Origin: an uncultured Dialister sp.
GTDB taxonomy: Bacteria; Bacillota; Negativicutes; Veillonellales; Dialisteraceae
NCBI GenBank assembly: GCA_934178345.1
Contig: CAKPQG010000007.1
Span: forward strand, 9,817-73,816
Length of the DNA stretch: 64,000 nt
Direction of reading: 5' to 3'
Numbering within the stretch: the first letter of the stretch is position 1; every line of letters starts with the position of its first letter. A program made the translations under genes and the position numbers. Shown here one piece after another: positions 37,670 through 47,110 of the stretch. The notes below the pieces were generated by a model. It was not told the origin of the DNA and searched no databases. It saw only the letters and a program-made list of their open reading frames with translations.

Positions 37670-40537
37670 ATGAATGATTCTCAGAAAGCTGCTGTTTCCT
37701 CGACCGGCCCTACGCTCTTGATCGCGGGGCCGGGGACGGGGAAGACCTATACCATCATCCAGCGCGTGCTTTACCTCATCCGCGAGAAGAGAGTGAAGCC
37801 GGAAGAAATCATGCTGGTCACATACACGCAGAAGGCATCGAAGGAGCTGACGACGCGTCTCACGGATGTGATGACGAAGGCGGGCATCGAGGTGAATCTG
37901 CATGAGATGTACATCGGTACCTTTCATCACATTTGCCGAAAGATTCTGAAAGAATTTCAGGAGTATACGCATCTGCCGAAGAATTATCTGGCAGTGGACC
38001 AGTTCGAGCAGCAGTACATGGTGTATGAGCATCTTTCGGAATTTGCGGCCATCCCGGATTTCCGCCGTGTGGTACAGGATTCCTATCTGAAGCAGGGGGA
38101 GCTGGTGAGGATTTCTCCATGGCGCCAGTGTCAGACGCTCTGCCGCTATGTGAATGGTCTCTCCGAAGAGCTTCTCTTGCCGGAAGAGATGCGGCGGACC
38201 TGCGGGAATGCACTGGGCGGGCGCGTAGAAGTGCTCGCGCGGATGATGATGAAGTACACGCGGCTCGAAGAAGAGGGGCACTTCATTGATTTCTCCCGCC
38301 TGCAGAAGGAGACCTATGCGCTTCTTTCTTCCCATCCGGAGATCCTTGATTGGCTACAGAAACGGATCCGCTACATCATGATCGATGAGTATCAGGATAC
38401 GAATTTCATCCAAGAGCAGCTGATCCGTCTTCTGGGAGGCTCTTCGCAGCAGATTTTCGTGGTGGGGGATGATGACCAGAGCATTTATCGCTTCCGCGGG
38501 GCGTCCATCGGAAATATTCTGGGATTTTCGAAGACCTATGAGAAATGCCATACGTTCAAGCTGGATACGAATTATCGTTCGCATCCGGGCATTGTCCGCT
38601 TCTGCATGGACTGGATGCGCGGACTCAAAAGCTGGCGCGGAGCGGATGGGCGGATGTTCCGCTATGTGAAGGGGGACATTCATGCCGCGTCAGAGGAAAC
38701 GGGGACGCCCGTCCTTCGCATCACGGGGAAGGATCTTTCCGAGTGCCATGCGCGGATCGCTGATTTCATCGAAGGGCTGAAAGAACGGGGGCAGATCACG
38801 GACTATAACCAAGTGGCGGTACTCTGTTCGTCCGTGAAAAGCAATGCATCGCGCGCTTTGCAGCTGCAGCTTCGACGGAAGGGCATCGCCTCCTACGCGC
38901 CGCGGGCGGGCTGGTTCTTCAAGCGACAGGAAGTCGAGTGGCTGATCGGGACGCTCCTATTGCTCTTTCCCGGCTTTTCGGATTCCATGGAAAATCGGGA
39001 CGACATGCAGGAAACGAGGGGGATTCTCGATACATACTTCGAGTGCATGGGCGTCGCGCGGATGATGCTCGTGAAACCCGAGCACCGAGCGCTGAAAGAC
39101 TGGCTGGACCGCACGCGGAGTGTCATTTCCTATGAGAAGAAACTCCCCGCCTCTTTTTTGCACCTCGTCTACCAGATGCTCTCCTTTGCACCTTTTTCCG
39201 ACATTTTGGACAGTGCGGTCCGGGGTGAATCGAATGCAGCCAGAAATCTGTCCGCCATCACGCGCCTGATTGCCCGTTTTGGCTTCTTCCTGCCGGAGAA
39301 TCACGGGCATGGTGAGGAGACTGTGGAGGACGTGCATCTCTTCTTTTCCCGCTATCTGCGGCTGTGGTTTGAAAACGGTGTGAATGAGTACGAAGATGAA
39401 GAGCGCTATGCGCCCTCGGGCTCCGTATCCTTCCTGAATATCCACCAGGCAAAGGGGCTCGAGTACCCCGTTGTCATCGTGCCATCGCTCGACGAGAGGG
39501 CGCGCTGGGATGCGGAAAGTGACCTGATTTCCCGGGTGGTGGAAAAGGTGAGCGGACGAAAGCCTGCCGAGCCACCGAAGGAAATGAAAAATTTTGATTT
39601 ATGGCGCAAGTACTATACGGCCTTCTCCCGCGCGGAAACGCTCCTCGTCCTCGCATCTTCTCAAAAGAAGGGGGACACCTCGGAAGAATTTCAATGGATC
39701 ATGCCCGCTCTTCCAGCATATAATGCGAAAGAAGCAGACTACCACCACCTCACCTGCCGCCCTGTGGGACGGAATGTGTTCAAGCCGCGTTTCGCCTTTA
39801 CGTCGCAGATCGCCCTTTATGAAGAATGTCCGATGAAGTATCTCTGGCATCGCGTCTACGGCTTTGCAGGCACGCAGGGGAGCCATGCCATGTACGGCGA
39901 GCTTGTCCATGAGACGATCGAGGACATCCACCGCGCGGTCCTCCGCGGAGAGGCAGAACGCGTGACGCCACCTGCCATTTATGGATGGATGATGGCGAAT
40001 TACATTTCCCTGTCTGATAAAGAAAACAGCTGGCTCCCTGAGGCAAAACTGAAGCAGGCCTTTGCAGAAATTCGTGGATATGTGGATTTCCGGAAAGGAA
40101 ACTGGAATGATGCGCTCGCTGCCGAGTGTCCTCTTGAGCTGGTCAAAGATGACTACATTCTGAATGGCACCATCGACCTTCTCTCGGGAAATGGGGATCA
40201 GGTGCGGGTCATAGACTTCAAGACAGGGAAGAAACCGCCGATGGACAGTCCTCTTATGGAGAAATACCTGAGCCAGCTCAAGGTATATGCCTACCTCGTC
40301 GAAACAAAACTTGGGCGTTCCGTGGAAAAACTCGTCCTGTACTTCACCAGTGATGCCGAGGATCCATGCGTTGTTTTTCCTATGAGCAAAGAACGCGTGG
40401 AGAAGCGGATGGAAGAATTCGATGCGACGGCAAGGCGGATTCTGGCGCGTGATTTTGCGCGCCGCTGTGAAATGAAAAAGAACGAGCTCCCGACGGCGTG
40501 CCGGTTCTGCGACTTTAGAAAATATTGCAAGAGATGA
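37670..40537 (+). CDS. UvrD/PcrA-like SF1 helicase fused to a C-terminal PD-(D/E)xK (RecB/Cas4/AddB-type) nuclease domain with a 4-Cys cluster
   Basis: Helicase motifs (AGPGTGKTYT, DEYQDTN, VGDDDQSIYRFRGA, TNYRS). C-terminal IDLLSG...IDFKTGK nuclease core, and Cys at YEECP plus CRFCDFRKYC. Confidence 0.8.
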   Translation: MNDSQKAAVSSTGPTLLIAGPGTGKTYTIIQRVLYLIREKRVKPEEIMLVTYTQKASKELTTRLTDVMTKAGIEVNLHEMYIGTFHHICRKILKEFQEYTHLPKNYLAVDQFEQQYMVYEHLSEFAAIPDFRRVVQDSYLKQGELVRISPWRQCQTLCRYVNGLSEELLLPEEMRRTCGNALGGRVEVLARMMMKYTRLEEEGHFIDFSRLQKETYALLSSHPEILDWLQKRIRYIMIDEYQDTNFIQEQLIRLLGGSSQQIFVVGDDDQSIYRFRGASIGNILGFSKTYEKCHTFKLDTNYRSHPGIVRFCMDWMRGLKSWRGADGRMFRYVKGDIHAASEETGTPVLRITGKDLSECHARIADFIEGLKERGQITDYNQVAVLCSSVKSNASRALQLQLRRKGIASYAPRAGWFFKRQEVEWLIGTLLLLFPGFSDSMENRDDMQETRGILDTYFECMGVARMMLVKPEHRALKDWLDRTRSVISYEKKLPASFLHLVYQMLSFAPFSDILDSAVRGESNAARNLSAITRLIARFGFFLPENHGHGEETVEDVHLFFSRYLRLWFENGVNEYEDEERYAPSGSVSFLNIHQAKGLEYPVVIVPSLDERARWDAESDLISRVVEKVSGRKPAEPPKEMKNFDLWRKYYTAFSRAETLLVLASSQKKGDTSEEFQWIMPALPAYNAKEADYHHLTCRPVGRNVFKPRFAFTSQIALYEECPMKYLWHRVYGFAGTQGSHAMYGELVHETIEDIHRAVLRGEAERVTPPAIYGWMMANYISLSDKENSWLPEAKLKQAFAEIRGYVDFRKGNWNDALAAECPLELVKDDYILNGTIDLLSGNGDQVRVIDFKTGKKPPMDSPLMEKYLSQLKVYAYLVETKLGRSVEKLVLYFTSDAEDPCVVFPMSKERVEKRMEEFDATARRILARDFARRCEMKKNELPTACRFCDFRKYCKR

Positions 40538-40539
40538 TG

Positions 40540-41050
40540 TACAGGGATGAGTGTCTAGGGATTAGGAGCCTCGAGTGACTGGTAGCTAGGGATTAGTGGC
40601 TAGGGATTAGGTTTGCGATACGAGAAAACCGCTAGTTTCAAACCTCCGCGGCGCTTTTGATTTTTATGCGCCGCACCGACCCCTTTGAACCTTTTGAACC
40701 TATAGAACCCGATGAACCTCTTTCACACGCAATCAAAGGGCAGCAACGCCCCGAGGGGCTAACTCTGAACCCTGAACCCTGAAGTTTGAAAGCAGGTATG
40801 AGTGGCTAGTGACTAGTGATTGGTAGCTAGGGATTAGTAGCTAGGGATTAGGTTTGCGATACGAGAAAACCGCCAGTTTCAAACCTCTGCGGCGCTTCTA
40901 TTTTTTATGCGCCGCACCACCCCCTTTGAACCTCTTGAACCTATAGAACCCGCTGAACCTCTTTCGCACGTAATCAAAGGGCAGCACGCCCCGTGGTCTA
41001 ACCCTGAACCCCGAACCCCGAACCCTGAACCCCGAACCCTGAACCCTAAA
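40540..41050. repeat. direct tandem duplication (2 copies) of the roughly 255-bp composite repeat unit
   Basis: Unit: GATGAGTG...CTAGGGATTAG heptads, TTTGCGATACGAGAAAACCGCTAGTTTCAAACCTCCGCGGCGCTTYTGATTTTTATGCGCCGCACC, (GAACCTNTT)n, CAAAGGGCAGCACGCCCCG, (CCCTGAA/CCCCGAA)n. Copies at about 40545-40795 and 40796-41048. Confidence 0.85.
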
Positions 41051-41266
41051 TAATAAATATACGGTTATGATAAATGTGATACATAGCGCATATTATATCA
41101 TTACCCATCTATTCATATCATTTATTAAAACCATGATTGATACCAATTCATACAGACTATTGATTTTGCAGCTTTCACTGGTTAAAATAGTACTATCAAA
41201 CGCTAAAAGCGCATCAGAATGACGCGGTTATCGTGTTCATTCTATTTTATTGAGAGGGAGAATCTC

Positions 41267-44200
41267 ATGAGACGAATCCATAAAGTACTGGTAGCCAACC
41301 GCGGCGAGATCGCGATCCGCGTATTCCGAGCCTGCAGTGAAATGGGCATCCGCACCGTGGCTATCTATTCGAAAGAAGATATCCTGTCCCTGCACAGAAA
41401 CCGCGCAGACGAAGCCTACCTGGTCGGTGAAGGGGATAAGCCGATCGATGCCTACCTTGACATCGAAGACATCATCCGTATCTGTAAGGAGCATGACGTC
41501 GATGCCATTCATCCGGGCTACGGCTTCTTGGCTGAAAACGCGAAGCTCGCGCAGCGCTGCGAAGAAGAAGGCATCATTTTCATCGGGCCGAAGGTCGAAC
41601 ATCTCATCATGTTCGGCGACAAGGTGAATGCCCGCATTCAGGCAGAAAAAGCCCAGATCCCGATGATTCCGGGGACAAAGGGTGCGGTTCACAGCTTTGA
41701 CGAAGTGAAGGCTTTCGCAGAAACCTACGGATTCCCGGTCATGATCAAGGCTGTCAACGGCGGCGGCGGACGCGGCATGAGAAATGTCGACCGCATGGAA
41801 GATCTGGAAGAAGCGTACAGCCGTGCGCGCTCTGAAGCAAAGATGGCCTTCGGTGATGATGAAGTCTATGTCGAACGCTGCATCATGAATCCGAAGCACA
41901 TCGAAGTACAGGTCATGGGCGATGAACACGGCAATGTGGTGCATCTCTTCGAACGTGACTGCTCCATCCAGCGCCGTCACCAGAAGGTCATCGAAATGGC
42001 ACCGGCGTGGTCTCTTCCGAAGGCACTCAGAAAGAACATCTGCGATGCAGCTGTCAAACTGATGAAGAATGTCCACTATGTGAATGCCGGCACAGTCGAA
42101 TTCCTGGTCGATCAGGATGAAGAGCACTTCTATTTCATCGAAGTCAATCCGCGTGTCCAGGTCGAACACACCGTCACGGAAATGATCACCAATGTGGATA
42201 TCGTAAAGAGCCAGATTCTCATCGCAGAAGGCTATGCTCTTGACGGGCCGGAAATCGCCATTGGACAGCAGGATGAGATCTGGTACAAAGGCGTTGCGAT
42301 CCAGTGCCGTATCACCACGGAAGATCCGCAGAACAATTTCATGCCAGATACCGGCAAAATCATTGCTTATCGTTCCGGCGGCGGACCGGGCATCCGTCTC
42401 GATGCCGGCACGGCTTACACCGGTGCTGTCATTACCCCGTACTATGATTCTCTCCTCGTCAAAGTCACCGCGCATGCCCTTCATCCGAAGGACACCATCC
42501 ACAAGATGCTCCGCTGCCTCGAAGAATTCCGCATTTCCGGCGTGAAGACGAATATCTATTTCCTGCAGAACATGCTTCGTACCCGTGATTTCCAGGAAGG
42601 GCTCTGCGATGTCAACTACATCGACAGAAACCCGTGGCTCCTGCAGGAACCGGATATGATTTCCGACCGCGGCACGAAGCTGCTCTCCTACATTGGCGAC
42701 ATCACCGTCAATGGCTATGCCGGTGCCGGCCATCAGGAAAAACCGGATTTCAATCCGCTTCCGCTGCTCGATGCAGACAAGATCGAAGCGCCGAAAGGCA
42801 CCCGGCAGCTGCTCGATGAAATGGGACCGGAGAAATTCTCCAAGTGGGTCATGGACCAGAAGGAAGTCATGTTCATGGATACCACGTACCGCGATGCGCA
42901 CCAGTCTCTGCTCGCGACCCGTGTCAGAACCCATGACATCATGAATGCCATCCACTACACGGCTGTTCACGTCCCGCAGCTCTTCTCCTTTGAAAACTGG
43001 GGCGGCGCGACTTTCGACGTGGCTTATCGTTTCCTTGATGAAAGCCCGTGGGAACGCCTTCGCCAGATGAGAAAAGCTGCACCGAACATCCTCTTCCAGA
43101 TGCTGACCCGCGGTGCGAATACCGTCGGCTATACCAACTATCCGGAAAATGTTGTCCGCCACTTCATCGATCAGGCGGCTGACAATGGTGTCGATGTCTT
43201 CCGTATCTTCGACTGCCTGAACCAGCTCAGCCATATGACCGTTACCATCGACGAAGTCCGCAAGAAAGAAAAGCTCGCCGAAGCCTGCTTCTGCTACACT
43301 GGCGATATCATGGATACGAACCGTCAGAAGTACTCCCTGAAATACTACACCGACCTTGCGAAACAGATGCAGGATGCCGGTGCGAACATCATCGCCATCA
43401 AAGACATGGCGGGTCTCCTCAAGCCGGAAGCTGCCTATGCCCTGATTTCTGCGCTGAAAGATGCCGTCGATCTCCCGATCCATCTCCATAGCCATGAAGG
43501 CGGCGGATGCACCCTGTACTCCTATGCCAAAGCTGTCGAGGCTGGCGTCGATATCTTGGACGTGGCGACCAGCGCACTCTCTGGCGGCACCAGCCAGCCG
43601 TCTATGACATCTGTGTACTACGCGCTGCAGAACAATCCTCGCCAGCCGCAGCTGGATATCGATGCGCTTGAGACCATCGACCGCTACTGGCAGGGTGTCC
43701 GTCCGTACTATGCAGGCGTCGACTCTAAGATGACGAATCCGAATACGACCCTTTACCAGCATGAAATGCCTGGCGGACAGTACTCGAACCTGCGCCAGCA
43801 GGCAACGGCTGTCGGCCTTGGCGCCCAGTGGCCGGAAGTCTGCCGCATGTATGCGAAGGTCAATATGATGTTCGGCGATATCATCAAGGTCACCCCGTCC
43901 TCCAAAGTCGTCGGCGACATGACCCTCTTCATGGTACAGAACCATCTGACCGAGAAAGACATCTATGAAAAGGGTGATACCCTCGACTTCCCGCAGTCCG
44001 TTGTCGATTTCTTCGACGGCAAGCTCGGCATCCCGTATGGCGGCTTCCCGGAAAAACTCCAGCAGATCATCCTGCGCGGACAGAAGCCGCACCTCGAAAG
44101 CCAGCCGGAGAATGTCGACTTTGAAGAAGTCAAAATGGAAATGAAAGAGAAGCACATCCCGACCCGCGAAGAAGATGTCTCCTCCTACTGCATCTATCCG

Positions 44201-44695
44201 AAAGTCTTCTCCGACTACATGGATCGCTATCATAAATATGGCGACCTCTCGCTCCTCGATACGCCGACCTATTTCTTCGGCATGAAAGTCGGTGAAGAAA
44301 TCCGCATCAACATCGATGAAGGCAAGATGCTCCTCGTTCGCCTTGATAATGTCACGAAACCGGACCTGGAAGGCAACAGAGAGCTTCAGTTCGAGCTGAA
44401 CGGCATGCCGCGCGAGATCAAGATTCACGACGCTCATGTGGCAGAGTCTGCGAATACCTCCAGAAAAGCGGACAAGGACGTACCGGGTGAAGTCGGTGCG
44501 ACACTCTCCGGCTCCGTGGTAAAACTCCTCGTCGAAAAAGGCTCCTCTGTCAAGAAGGGCGACCCCGTCATCGTCACCGAAGCGATGAAGATGGAAACCA
44601 CCATCACCGCGCCGATGGATGGTATCGTGAGTGAGATCCATGTCAAGGCTGGTCAGCGCATCGAATCCGGCGACCTTCTCATGGTTATCGAATAA
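41267..44695 (+). CDS. pyc: pyruvate carboxylase
   Basis: Biotin carboxylase N-domain (MRRIHKVLVANRGEIAIR), carboxyltransferase TIM-barrel domain, C-terminal biotinyl domain (EAMKMET). Promoter TTGATT-17-TAAAAT at 41151-41179. Confidence 0.92.
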   Translation: MRRIHKVLVANRGEIAIRVFRACSEMGIRTVAIYSKEDILSLHRNRADEAYLVGEGDKPIDAYLDIEDIIRICKEHDVDAIHPGYGFLAENAKLAQRCEEEGIIFIGPKVEHLIMFGDKVNARIQAEKAQIPMIPGTKGAVHSFDEVKAFAETYGFPVMIKAVNGGGGRGMRNVDRMEDLEEAYSRARSEAKMAFGDDEVYVERCIMNPKHIEVQVMGDEHGNVVHLFERDCSIQRRHQKVIEMAPAWSLPKALRKNICDAAVKLMKNVHYVNAGTVEFLVDQDEEHFYFIEVNPRVQVEHTVTEMITNVDIVKSQILIAEGYALDGPEIAIGQQDEIWYKGVAIQCRITTEDPQNNFMPDTGKIIAYRSGGGPGIRLDAGTAYTGAVITPYYDSLLVKVTAHALHPKDTIHKMLRCLEEFRISGVKTNIYFLQNMLRTRDFQEGLCDVNYIDRNPWLLQEPDMISDRGTKLLSYIGDITVNGYAGAGHQEKPDFNPLPLLDADKIEAPKGTRQLLDEMGPEKFSKWVMDQKEVMFMDTTYRDAHQSLLATRVRTHDIMNAIHYTAVHVPQLFSFENWGGATFDVAYRFLDESPWERLRQMRKAAPNILFQMLTRGANTVGYTNYPENVVRHFIDQAADNGVDVFRIFDCLNQLSHMTVTIDEVRKKEKLAEACFCYTGDIMDTNRQKYSLKYYTDLAKQMQDAGANIIAIKDMAGLLKPEAAYALISALKDAVDLPIHLHSHEGGGCTLYSYAKAVEAGVDILDVATSALSGGTSQPSMTSVYYALQNNPRQPQLDIDALETIDRYWQGVRPYYAGVDSKMTNPNTTLYQHEMPGGQYSNLRQQATAVGLGAQWPEVCRMYAKVNMMFGDIIKVTPSSKVVGDMTLFMVQNHLTEKDIYEKGDTLDFPQSVVDFFDGKLGIPYGGFPEKLQQIILRGQKPHLESQPENVDFEEVKMEMKEKHIPTREEDVSSYCIYPKVFSDYMDRYHKYGDLSLLDTPTYFFGMKVGEEIRINIDEGKMLLVRLDNVTKPDLEGNRELQFELNGMPREIKIHDAHVAESANTSRKADKDVPGEVGATLSGSVVKLLVEKGSSVKKGDPVIVTEAMKMETTITAPMDGIVSEIHVKAGQRIESGDLLMVIE

Positions 44696-44715
44696 GAGAA
44701 ATACATAGCGCTTGA

Positions 44716-44746
44716 AAAACCGCTCTGCCAAAGCAGGGCGGTTTTT
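44716..44746 (+). terminator. intrinsic terminator
   Basis: AAAAACCGCTCTGC-caaa-GCAGGGCGGTTTTT. Confidence 0.7.
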
Positions 44747-44819
44747 GATCGTGAGAGCAACTAGGAGGCGCATTGATTTTCCTATCCTTTTTTTGCTAAA
44801 ATATAGGCAATAAAGGAGG

Positions 44820-45578
44820 ATGAAAACAGTGTTCACATTTTACAAAAATTCGCAGAAGGGGCAGGATCTTGTCGAGTATGCGCTAATGCTCGCGATCATC
44901 ATCGGTATCGGATGGGGGATCTACTCCCAGACAGGAGTCGCAGACTCGATCAAGAATGTGTTCGGAAATGCATCGAGCCTTATGGAGACGGCGAAGAAAC
45001 AGGGAGTGAACCTGAATTGGGATGAGATCTTGAAGCGTCTTCGTGAAGTGCAAAGCAAGGATGCTTATAACTCAGGAAATACGACATCGGGAATGAGTTA
45101 TAAGCGTGGGATGATTCAGTCTGGTTGGCTCACGGATGATGACAAGAAGGACAGCACGATCGGGAAGCTGGCTTCCGAACTGGGTGCGACCATGTGGACA
45201 TTTTATAATGGCGAAAATCAAGGAAAGTTGGGAACTGAAGGTGGCGGATTGTATTGGACGACGGAAGATCTGAAATCCGCTGAGTTGCATGCCGAGGGGA
45301 ATAACCCTTATAGCAAGGAAACCGTTCTTTCCTATCGCTATGATCCATTGACGGAGAAGTACTACGTACTTGAAAATCGAGCTTTTGTGAATCAGATCGG
45401 TAGAAATTGGGCCTTTAATAACAATGCTTTAGCGCAGGCACCGAGCGAATATGAAAAGCCTGCGGCAAACGTATTAGGCACCTACAGCACCTATGAGGAA
45501 GCACAGAAGAAGTATAACGAAGTGAAAGCCCAGCATGACGGCAACTATATCTATATGGGGACAACACAAACGAACTAA
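44820..45578 (+). CDS. Flp-type (class III prepilin signal) leader fused to a roughly 200-aa uncharacterised domain, paralogue 1
   Basis: N-terminus MKTVFTFYKNSQKG/QDLVEYALMLAIIIGIG matches the Flp/Fap prepilin G/xxxxEY motif plus a hydrophobic helix. 252 aa total. Confidence 0.7.
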   Translation: MKTVFTFYKNSQKGQDLVEYALMLAIIIGIGWGIYSQTGVADSIKNVFGNASSLMETAKKQGVNLNWDEILKRLREVQSKDAYNSGNTTSGMSYKRGMIQSGWLTDDDKKDSTIGKLASELGATMWTFYNGENQGKLGTEGGGLYWTTEDLKSAELHAEGNNPYSKETVLSYRYDPLTEKYYVLENRAFVNQIGRNWAFNNNALAQAPSEYEKPAANVLGTYSTYEEAQKKYNEVKAQHDGNYIYMGTTQTN

Positions 45579-45593
45579 GGAAGGAGGAAAAGC

Positions 45594-46349
45594 ATGCTTC
45601 ACCGGTTTCGTAAAGAAAAAGGAGCGAAAGGCCAGAACATGGTCGAGTACGCGCTGATACTTGCGATCGTCGTCGGTATCGGCTGGGGGATCTACGATCA
45701 GGTCGGTCTTAGTGGTTCCATCAAAGGGGTTTTCTCAGATGCGGGAAGTCTTCTGGAGGATGCGTCCAAGGCGGAAAAGGCAGCTTTTGATATCAAGCCG
45801 TCTATCGACAAGCTGAAGTCGCTCTACAACAAGTATAACCGTGGTGATGGAAACATGAATGCTGGAGACCAGAATACCAAACGTGGCATCCTGATGGATT
45901 TCTGGCTGGATGATACAGATAAGAAAGATGCAGACATCGCCAAGCTCACCTCTGAGCTGGGGGCGAAGCAGTGGACCTATTATCATGGCGAAGGACCGAA
46001 GTATCCGAATTCCATCAGCAGTGATTCCGTGGGACTTTACTGGAGCACGGAGAATTTATCGAAGGCGTCGCTGACAGAGTCGCCTGATAATTACAGCAAG
46101 GAGTCCGTGCTCTCTTACTACTATAATGGCAGCAACTACTATGTCATGAAGAATCGTGTGTGGATGGATCAGAAGCAGTATAATAATAACGGACAACCGG
46201 GGCTGGCGTCCAAGGGAAATGAGTATGGCAAGCCACCGGCAGAAATTGTCGGAAATGCGAGTGGCTACCGTACTTATGCAGAAGCTCAGCAGGCATTCAA
46301 GGATGCCGTTTCTGACAATGGCGGAAGCTTTATTTTCCAAAATCAATGA
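45594..46349 (+). CDS. Flp-type leader fusion protein, paralogue 2
   Basis: N-terminus ...KGAKG/QNMVEYALILAIVVGIG. About 40% identical to paralogue 1 through the C-terminal domain (shared W..DD.DKKD..I.KL.SELGA, GLYW.TE.L, KE.VLSY.Y motifs). AAGGAGG RBS. Terminator hairpins at 46370-46402 and 46470-46510. Confidence 0.7.
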   Translation: MLHRFRKEKGAKGQNMVEYALILAIVVGIGWGIYDQVGLSGSIKGVFSDAGSLLEDASKAEKAAFDIKPSIDKLKSLYNKYNRGDGNMNAGDQNTKRGILMDFWLDDTDKKDADIAKLTSELGAKQWTYYHGEGPKYPNSISSDSVGLYWSTENLSKASLTESPDNYSKESVLSYYYNGSNYYVMKNRVWMDQKQYNNNGQPGLASKGNEYGKPPAEIVGNASGYRTYAEAQQAFKDAVSDNGGSFIFQNQ

Positions 46350-46523
46350 TGAGTCAGTCAGGCATCATAAAAGCCGCCGAAGTGTTTCGGCGGCTTGCTT
46401 TCTGCAGGAGATTGTCGTACAATAACCATAGGAAAGGCGCTATCCGGAAACGGCTTCCGCCCTTGTTGAAAAGAACAGAGAAACCGCCAACGTTGGACCG
46501 TGAGGCGGTTTTTCTGTTGTGGG

Positions 46524-46592
46524 TTAGTACTTAGCTACGATCATGCAAAGAAGCAAGAGCAGCAGAAAGGCGAAGAAATCGTATTTCGTCAT
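46524..46592 (-). CDS. 22-aa hydrophobic small protein (MTKYDFFAFLLLLLLCMIVAKY)
   Basis: Strong GGAAGGGGGGTGG RBS 4-7 nt before the ATG. Extended -10 (TGcTATAAT) about 55 nt upstream on the minus strand. Single predicted TM helix. Confidence 0.45.
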   Translation of the reverse strand: MTKYDFFAFLLLLLLCMIVAKY

Positions 46593-46849
46593 ACTACCAC
46601 CCCCCTTCCGGAAAGGATGGGGCAGGCAAACCGCTACCGTGTCACATGATAGCGCCTTTAAATATTATAGCATACGCGCAGCCGGCATGTCTTGAAATCC
46701 AAACTGTTCAGTATAGTGAACAAATTTCCAAAAACGGAAAAAGTTTTCACTATACTGAATAGTTTTTTGATTTTTGGAAAACTTTTCAGTAGGAGTGAGG
46801 AGTGTCGGTCTTGTGCCTGAAATGTCATCTGAAGCCATTGAATCCATCC

Positions 46850-47110
46850 ATCTGAAGTTTGAAAGCAGGGATGATTAGTAGCCAGGGATTAGTGGCTAGG
46901 GATTAGGAGCCTCGAGCGACTGGTGACTAGTGACTTAAATACCGCCTTCGGGCATCGCCACCATCTATACTCCGCGGCGCTTCTATTTTTTTATGCGCCG
47001 CACCACCCCCTTTTAAACCCTCTGAACCTAAAGAACCCGCTGAACCTCTTTCGCACGCAATCAATGGGTGAAGCCGCCCCAAGGGCTAACCCTAAAACCT
47101 GAACCCATCA
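46850..47110. repeat. mosaic intergenic repeat cluster
   Basis: AAGTTTGAAAGCAGGGATGATTAGTAGCCAGGGATTAG, GCGGCGCTTCTATTTTTTTATGCGCCGCACCACC, (GAACCNNNN)n, and GGCTAACCCTAAAACCTGAACCC. Confidence 0.85.

Noticed and set aside
46346-46534. 62-aa ORF (MMSQSGIIKAAEVFRR...) downstream of the second Flp-like gene
   Set aside because: It spans two intrinsic terminator hairpins, has no RBS and is Arg-rich and low-complexity, so it is probably non-coding.
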